The notes beneath the pieces were generated by a model, which was not told the origin of the DNA, made no database searches, and saw only the letters and a program-made list of their open reading frames with translations. Positions 59,101 to 64,000 of a DNA stretch of 64,000 nucleotides are shown here, one piece after another. The number at the start of each line of letters is the position of its first letter. The first letter of the stretch is position 1. Location: assembly GCF_964355755.1 (NCBI RefSeq), contig NC_092673.1, forward strand, positions 32,547,648 to 32,611,647. The letters are read 5' to 3'. The position numbers and the translations under genes are program-made. The DNA is from Antedon mediterranea (taxonomy: Eukaryota > Animalia > Echinodermata).

Positions 59101-59132
59101 AGATTGAGTGTTATACCCGAATTACTGTCCAT
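32123..59132 (-). CDS. DDX31: DEAD-box ATP-dependent RNA helicase DDX31 (Dbp7 family); coding exons 59064-59132, 58369-58622, 56569-56644, 56334-56448, 55551-55660, 54985-55026, 54314-54498, 49942-50048, 48897-49120, 45496-45702, 43529-43588, 42874-43064, 42446-42618, 41849-42032, 32123-32267
   Basis: All introns are GT-AG and the phases chain without frameshift. Motifs: [12 protein letters not shown] motif (VQKEAIP), [90 protein letters not shown], and the C-terminal [25 protein letters not shown]. The terminal exon is less certain than the rest. Confidence 0.94.
32632..32770. mobile_element. Harbinger-like MITE copy (one end)
   Basis: AGCTCTGTCTACACTATCAAACTTTATGTGA followed by internal ATCACTACCATATTTAGGCAT repeats. 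Confidence 0.65.
32930..33160 (+). mobile_element. Heavily decayed RTE-type LINE 3' fragment
   Basis: Frameshifted remnants resembling IKELKW..GHL.R.DDRW..TIEW..W.D.I..WQDLGEAF, typical of an RTE ORF C-terminus. Confidence 0.5.
35655..35960 (-). mobile_element. Rex1/Babar-like LINE 3' fragment
   Basis: Peptide [25 protein letters not shown], then AATAAA and a (CTTGA)n tail. Confidence 0.6.
36823..37405. repeat. 83-bp tandem repeat, about 7 copies, near-identical internal units
   Basis: GAGATAAGAAACAG recurs at 36906, 36989, 37072, 37155, 37238 and 37321. Confidence 0.95.
43150..43330 (+). mobile_element. Degenerate tRNA-derived SINE
   Basis: A-box-like TAGCTGAGCGGTTAAG and a downstream GCACTTTAAAGAACCC block resembling invertebrate SINE cores. 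Confidence 0.4.
45090..45410. repeat. Degenerate purine/G-rich tandem repeat (GGAAAGTGGGGACAGGGAAAA...)
   Basis: Recurrent AAGTGGGGA and GGGACAGGG blocks. Confidence 0.7.
47600..47757 (+). mobile_element. Isolated LINE (CR1-group) 3' end with (TAAA)n tail
   Basis: Nested stem GAGGG..CAGTTC-TATTAG-GAACTG..CCCTC followed by an (AATA)n tail. Confidence 0.5.
47780..47912 (+). mobile_element. Isolated LINE 3' end with poly(A), related to the 50701-53347 element
   Basis: CCTGTTAGTGG..CTGT stem-loop, AATAAA and an A-run; same layout as the CR1 3'UTR at 50735-50780 on the - strand. Confidence 0.55.
48137..48492. repeat. 21-bp minisatellite GGCATTTATTTTATT(A/G)GGTGT, about 17 copies
   Basis: Direct reading; produces the spurious GIYFIRC and GVAFILL ORFs. 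Confidence 0.95.
50701..53347 (-). mobile_element. 5'-truncated CR1-clade LINE nested in the L2 element
   Basis: Open frame from the truncation point (YYRPP, GDFN, LDLV, SDH endonuclease motifs) through the RT ([30 protein letters not shown]) and [12 protein letters not shown]; short 3'UTR with a stem-loop and an A-rich tail at 50701-50733. Confidence 0.9.
50839..53271 (-). CDS. LINE ORF2 (partial APE endonuclease plus reverse transcriptase), 810 aa, N-terminally truncated
   Basis: ORF track; no stops or frameshifts; the frame stays open up to 53346. Confidence 0.85.
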   Translation of the reverse strand: MQYEFQGFNHDVMLLGDFNLPEIKWRLNSYNKCNIVECEAPDNSNGKFFIDNILQGNNFNQFVYFPTCADHTLDLVLCNTICHEVSFGEDIFTSDHCAINFKYPIEFNKHLINNDDRLLYNFKKLNKLDFIQTLSHIPWNLLDLAVDIDEAVNLFYDFIFATIKDLVPVFRPKRKLPPWFDNELYTALKSKESYFREKKRNPNRLNIENFRFARSNFKRLCRFKYRTYVNSLCCNLSCNPKRFWSWIKSSRKNNNNIPSELHFNNQSAYTVKDKANLLNQFFYSVFSPVNNDLDVPNLPEYPIDCLSKLEFNQEVIEKHINEIDSHKASGNDGLSNIVLSLAAKPLSFPCKILFERCISEKRFPIKWKQANVCPIFKAGSKSDVRNYRPVSLLPTISKVFEKIVHDQIFKHISPVISDHQHGFYPGRSCETNLSVLLSHAYDAINAKGQCEVVYTDMAKAFDRVSHKLLLFKLQQFGLNHDLILFFTSYLSDRFQRVTFDGNASEWLPVLSGVPQGSILGPLFFIMFINDFSFVPRHSNVLMFADDIKLFKSIQTSNDMLLLQEDVDRLIHWCDTWNMSVNASKCKSMSFTLKKKPIYFDFYIKNIILERVSVHKDLGVFLDSSLTFCKHIDFIVSKCNRLLGFLWRHCRHINDKKALVILYKSLVRSNLEFCSVIFNSISLAQSSRFQSVQNKFCRFYVRKFGSISKDVLINLAGRRKLFDLIFLFKAVNSIFHGNFEVYFPISVPQYQLRYPALFSISRGRVNITKNGFVNRLPKLYHSLCKIDGSVDIFFDSLACFRHKVLSNVSNI
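56757..58220 (-). mobile_element. Non-autonomous Helentron/HINE (DINE-1-like) element in DDX31 intron 2
   Basis: On the - strand it begins with the palindrome AGGTTATATGCATT-AATGCATATAACCT (58190-58217) followed by a (TTTA)n microsatellite. It ends with the subterminal repeat AATGCATATAACCT (about 56784-56797), a weak hairpin and CTAG|TT. Confidence 0.7.
57095..57175 (-). repeat. Degenerate tRNA-derived (SINE head-like) sequence
   Basis: A-box-like TGGCTCGATGG and B-box-like GAGATCGAGTC at tRNA-like spacing; no proper cloverleaf. Confidence 0.45.
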
Positions 59133-59829
59133 AATTTACAGTTTCAACTTGCTAGGCCGTCTGCTCTCTTAAAAATGAAATGAGCACATGTTGTGTTTGT
59201 AAATATGATAACGCCCTCAACGATATTGTTGGACTAAGGTTATGGAAGGCAGAAAGCGCATTTAAAAAGTATCTCTGATCACACACAATCGAAATATTCA
59301 AGCTTCTTTTATTTTTTAGTGGCGTTAAAAAACACAATGGCTCCGTGCATTTCTTAATTAATTAATGAAAACAATTTGAAACACATAATCCAACGTCATG
59401 TAACAGTTTGCATAAGTGAACATTTTTTTTTTTAATATGCCATTTTAATGTCAGTTAATATCTATTCACTTTGACCAAAAACTGGATCGAAAAAAAACCC
59501 ATTAAATACGTTTTGGTTTAACCGTTTCATTTTGTCGTTTTTGAAATGATTATTTTTTGTTTTTTTTTTACAGGTGAATAACTTTATTAAAACTGCAAAA
59601 TGGCCTATTTAAAGTCTGATTTTATTAGTCTTCATTTTTCATGTTTTTTTTTGTATCAATATAGATATGTATGCATGAGCAGGTTATCATAAGTTAATGC
59701 ACAGCATGCAGCACACACAGCATAGAAGTATCTGTTAGAAGTGCATCCATTATTTAATATAATTTTTGGCACATATGCCGTTTCATACAGCTTATTTTAG
59801 GGTCATGACATAATAAATAAAAAACAAAA
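59133..59829. promoter_or_regulatory. Likely bidirectional promoter region of DDX31 and TADA1
   Basis: Divergent start codons are separated by only 697 bp. Confidence 0.6.
59420..59650. mobile_element. Internal fragment of the same MITE family between the DDX31 and TADA1 starts
   Basis: AATATGCCATTTTAATGTCA, ATTCACTTTGAC and GTGAATAACTTTATTAAAACTGCAAAATGGCCTATT are identical to blocks in 30969-31213. Confidence 0.7.
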
Positions 59830-62800
59830 ATGGCTGGGGTTTCGGAGCTAGAAAAAGCTCGAAAGCAACTATCCAGTGTTCTTGGAGATGACATCAAGCA
59901 GTAAGTAAATGCATTTATTTATTATTTACTTGTTTGTTTAATATATTAAGTAAAAACAAGACATTTATCTAAGCTAGGCCTAGCTATCTGTTAGGTGTGT
60001 AGCTACCGGCTCAAGCTTACTCAGTCAGCAGATGAATATCCACAAATGATGGTGGGGAAGGAGAGAGCTAAGCCTAGACTATTACCGTAATTTTCTAAGC
60101 TTACCGCCGGGGTCTATTTGATGTACACATTTTTCTGTTTTATGTAGATATTGGACCAACATGAAGCTATGGTTTCGACAAAAGGTAGTTTTTATAATTT
60201 TATATACTAACTGTATAGCCTAGGCTAGGCCTAACTAGCTAGCTAGCTAGGGCCTATACTCTATAGATAGGCTATAATAGGCCTAGTACCGTATATGTAT
60301 TATTTAAAGACCCCTTCCCTGCAATTTTGGACGTTTTTTGGAAAATAATACATATATATCACATTAAACCATGTCATTCCTTGTCTTAAATGTACGTTTT
60401 ATGGTAAATTATGATAAAAAGTGAGAAACAATGCACTACCTAAGTAGCTCGCGGCGATCGACCTCTCGTGGACGGTCTTAGGCCTAGCCTAGCTAGGCTT
60501 AGTTTTGTAGGCCTAGCTGGTAAACATCGGTAACGTACGAACATCGTACGCTACCTATATACCTAGCCTGACGTTGTATAGTTGCTGCATTAATTGTCTT
60601 TCTATTTTTGCCAGACTCCGTTGATACAAATTGGGGAAAACCCGGTATTTTCGCTTAAAAGTTAGGAGTCTTCCATTTGTTTTGGCCTCACGATCGATCA
60701 AAAAGTGGGCGAATTACAGGTGAAAAACAAAAATATCAATCCGCGCGCAATGCATTTTGGGATTTATAGCGGGCCGCTATAATTATTAGAATCGACTTAT
60801 TTTTCACATTTTTAACCGTTTAAAGACGAAAAAAGTTATCGCAATAGGACCATATAGTATTATTTTTACATTAAATATAGTTTGTGATCTTAAATTAGAT
60901 CTAAAAAAACGTAGGGAATGGGGCTTTAATTTTATGTACAAAGTATAATGATTTTTCAATTTTCAACATATTTATTTATTTAGATGTGTACTAATACTTA
61001 TGTTTAAATTTTATCTATAAAAGTATACACAATTAATAATTCTTATTTTTAAAAAGGTAACAAAAGAAGAATTTGACAATGAAGCAAGAAGGCTACTTAA
61101 AGATAAAAATGGTTTGTACATTAAATACACTTTTTTTTATATATTTTTTTATCTTTGAAAGATTTCCTAACATAAAATCGATCTGATCTTATTCTTGGCA
61201 GTCTTGTTTCTGCCTCAAAAAGCATTTCACTTCTGTAAAATAATTTCACATACATATACTGTATAACTAAAAGCCCTGTCTACACTATCAACCTATTTTG
61301 ACAAAAAAAGTGTGATGTGCCCAAATATGGTAGTGATATGCCCAAACATGGTAGCGATATGCCCAAATAGACAGAGCTTTAGTAAAGTACAGTAATACGA
61401 AATAATTTGTATAATGTTTGTGTGCCATAGTTCAAATTATTGATCTCTTTCTTTCAGTTCAATTACATAATGAGTTCCTAGTGGCAATTTTAGCAAAGTG
61501 TGAAAGCCTGACCCATGCCACAGGTAAGTTCAAAGTTCAAATTTGAAAAAGCTAATCAGTATCAATCAACACTTTTTTTCTATACAATGCAATTAATTAA
61601 TTTTTTTTAAAGAACAAGTCAAAGTTGAAGCAAGTACACCAGTTCACCCACCGCCAAGTAAGGTGATAAAGAAAGAAAAAGAGGCAAAACCAGTCAAGAA
61701 GCGGCGACAATCAGTCAAGTTGTCGTTAGATGTACGTACAGTATCATTTAAAGCTTCAACGCAATTCAAAAACATAGGCACAAGTGAGTTGACCAATCAC
61801 AAGTGGCAGTGTGGATGATCCATCGTTACGTGATTGTTCAAATTACTTATGTCACGCTTCTTTCATGTATCCAAGTGGCAACCAACCTTTATTTTCTCAT
61901 TCTCCAATTGATCTGTTAATTCTACATTACTGTTATTTTTATTTTAAATAATAATGTTTAAAATTTTCTCTTATTTTTGTAGCATCGGTTTATACCTATA
62001 GAGCCACTGCCGGAGACAACATCAATTGAACCTAGGCTCCTACAGGATAGTGAGCAGTTGAGTTTCTGTGCAGGTAGCAGGCTTCTACCAGACCCTAGCA
62101 TGTTGCATGGTAGGATGTTTGTGACAGCCTGGGAGTTTGGTCTAGACCAGATTGAGGATGATACCGTCTCAATGATGGTACATGCATCAGAGGTTAGTAG
62201 ATGTGGTCCTCTTAAAGAGGTATTTTGCAATTAAGTGGTCCTCCCAAAGAGTTGTTTCTATTTAAGTGGTCCTCCCAAAGAGGTGGTTTGTATTTAGTGG
62301 TTCTCCTGAGTCGTCCTGACCATGAGGTTAACTAATTGACATGCAAAATTAATAGAAACAGTCTCATTGCAATCTGAAATAAGATTATGTCATAGATGTG
62401 TATGTATCCATGCATACATAGACTCACTGCAGCCTTTATGTCATTGTCAAGTCTGTTGATTCTGTAAACTTTTAATTGAGTTCATTGCTTTTCATTTGTG
62501 AACCTTTGTTGTTCATTAAACATACAATATACAATATACAATATACTCACTTCACCCATACAGTATCATGACATTTTTACACTGTTTTTATCATTATAGT
62601 AAAGTAAATTAATAATTAATTTTTTTAGCAAATATTAAAAGATATTTTAACACGTGCCTTCTGCTTGAGAAGTGGTTATCAGGTCCGGCACGGAAACTTC
62701 CGCCATGCAATAGGCACTCACACACACGTGCCATCAATGAGAACAAGACAGCGAGATCAAAGCAACTGGACTTCAACGTAAGTAATTAATTACTATATTT

Positions 62801-63616
62801 TATTTACTAATTTCATTTCATATCTTTCTTTATTCTTGAAAACTCATTCAATACATAAGTACTGGTCTCCCATGAGCTCCAGATTTGTGACTTAACTACA
62901 AAATTAAAGCATAATATAATCGATCAGAAATAAAAACAATTTAATATTCATTCATTTTTTTATATAACAAATATTAATAAATATGAAAAATGTTTCCATT
63001 GATATTGTGGCCATTGTCAAGTAAGGGAGGCTCTGTTGAAAATATAAAGGGCAAATACAATCCTGAACAAGATTTTGATTTGCTTTGCAGCATGAGTGGC
63101 ACTATAATATAAAGGGCTATGAAATCCTGTAATTTGTTGTGTAATGGCTATGAGCACTCACTGGCTAAACCCAGGGACCCAGAGTTTATTACTGCCCCTG
63201 AGCAGTGCCCAGAGGAAAAAACAGGCTAAAAACGCCCATTGCCTTTGACGTTGGATGGCCACTTAGGGTTCCTATACCATGGGTCTCAGGTCTCTCTCTA
63301 CCTTACGACACTGCCTGTAACATACACACTTTGGAACCCTTTAAAGTCATCCCAGATATCACTCAGCTGAAAATGATTTTTTTGTTCATGTGATGTCTAA
63401 TAAAATCACATTTTCTATTAAGAGTTTAATAATAACCTTTGTAATTTATTTGTTTTTAGGATGCCGACTACAGTGGATTCACTTCATGGGCAGATCGCAG
63501 GCAAGCAGCCCTCGGTAGAAGAAGCTGAGGCTCAGGCTGTGATGCAAGCAGCAATAGGAGGCATCCAACCACCACGTAAACCCATGTCACTATATGATCT
63601 GCAAGATACACTTAAG
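59830..63616 (+). CDS. TADA1: Transcriptional adapter 1 (SAGA subunit), 3'-incomplete; coding exons 59830-59900, 60148-60184, 61057-61111, 61458-61523, 61613-61731, 61983-62192, 62629-62777, 63460-63616
   Basis: The spliced translation [107 protein letters not shown] matches the TADA1 pattern. Phases are consistent. No stop was found in the window. Confidence 0.9.
60308..60925. mobile_element. Second Kolobok-like non-autonomous element (TTAA TSD) in TADA1 intron 2
   Basis: TTAA|AGACCCCTTCCCTGC ... GTAGGGAATGGGGCT|TTAA imperfect TIRs. Confidence 0.7.
61272..61378. mobile_element. Harbinger-like MITE copy in TADA1 intron 3
   Basis: AGCCCTGTCTACACTATCAA ... TAGACAGAGCT with internal GATATGCCCAAA repeats. 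Confidence 0.65.
62198..62310. repeat. Short tandem repeat AGTGGTCCTC(T/C)(T/C)AAAGAG, 3-4 copies
   Basis: Direct reading immediately after the TADA1 exon 6 donor. Confidence 0.6.
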
Positions 63617-64000
63617 GTAGCCTAAAGTGTGTATGCCTTTCGATACTTTTCGGATGAGACTTAAAGATGTTGGTTCTAAACTGTATATTTTCCGTATTTT
63701 CGCCCATACACTGTCAACTCTAAAGAATTCCATGGAATAGAATCTTTTCCATTTTTTCACATGGAAAGCTGGTGGTTGCATACACAATTGTTAGGATTTT
63801 CTAAAAAGTTCACTCTATGGTTAATTTTAAATACTTGTTTATATCACCCTTTATTCTTTGTCTATGCTTTTATAATATTAAATTTTTCCAAGTTGAAGCC
63901 ATGAACCCAAGTATGTCCAATTTGGTCATATTTATGTAATTTTGTGTAATGTGTTTTTTTTGTGTAAATAATGTAATATTTTGGTTTTTTAATACATTTA

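Overview
AT-rich, intron-containing metazoan genomic DNA; an invertebrate deuterostome such as an echinoderm is my inference. Three spliced genes were reconstructed by hand. (1) A BarH-like homeobox gene (Barhl, + strand, 3 coding exons, 11188-15397) sits in about 30 kb of gene-free, CpG-retaining DNA. (2) The DEAD-box helicase DDX31/Dbp7 (- strand, 15 coding exons, 32123-59132) is convergent with Barhl, and its last exon lies beyond a 9.6-kb intron. (3) The SAGA subunit TADA1 (+ strand, from 59830, running off the window) is head-to-head with DDX31. DDX31 intron 7 holds a young nested pair of 5'-truncated LINEs, a CR1-type element inserted bluntly into an L2-type element. The window also contains MITEs (Harbinger-like with TTA TSD, Kolobok-like with TTAA TSD), a Helentron/HINE-like element, old LINE tails and many minisatellites. 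The most notable signals are the Barhl-DDX31 tail-to-tail linkage also seen in humans, a CpG/TAAT-rich island in the long last DDX31 intron, and a strong, domain-restricted excess of the palindrome TAGGCCTA. No novel protein-coding system is supported. All counts were made by eye.
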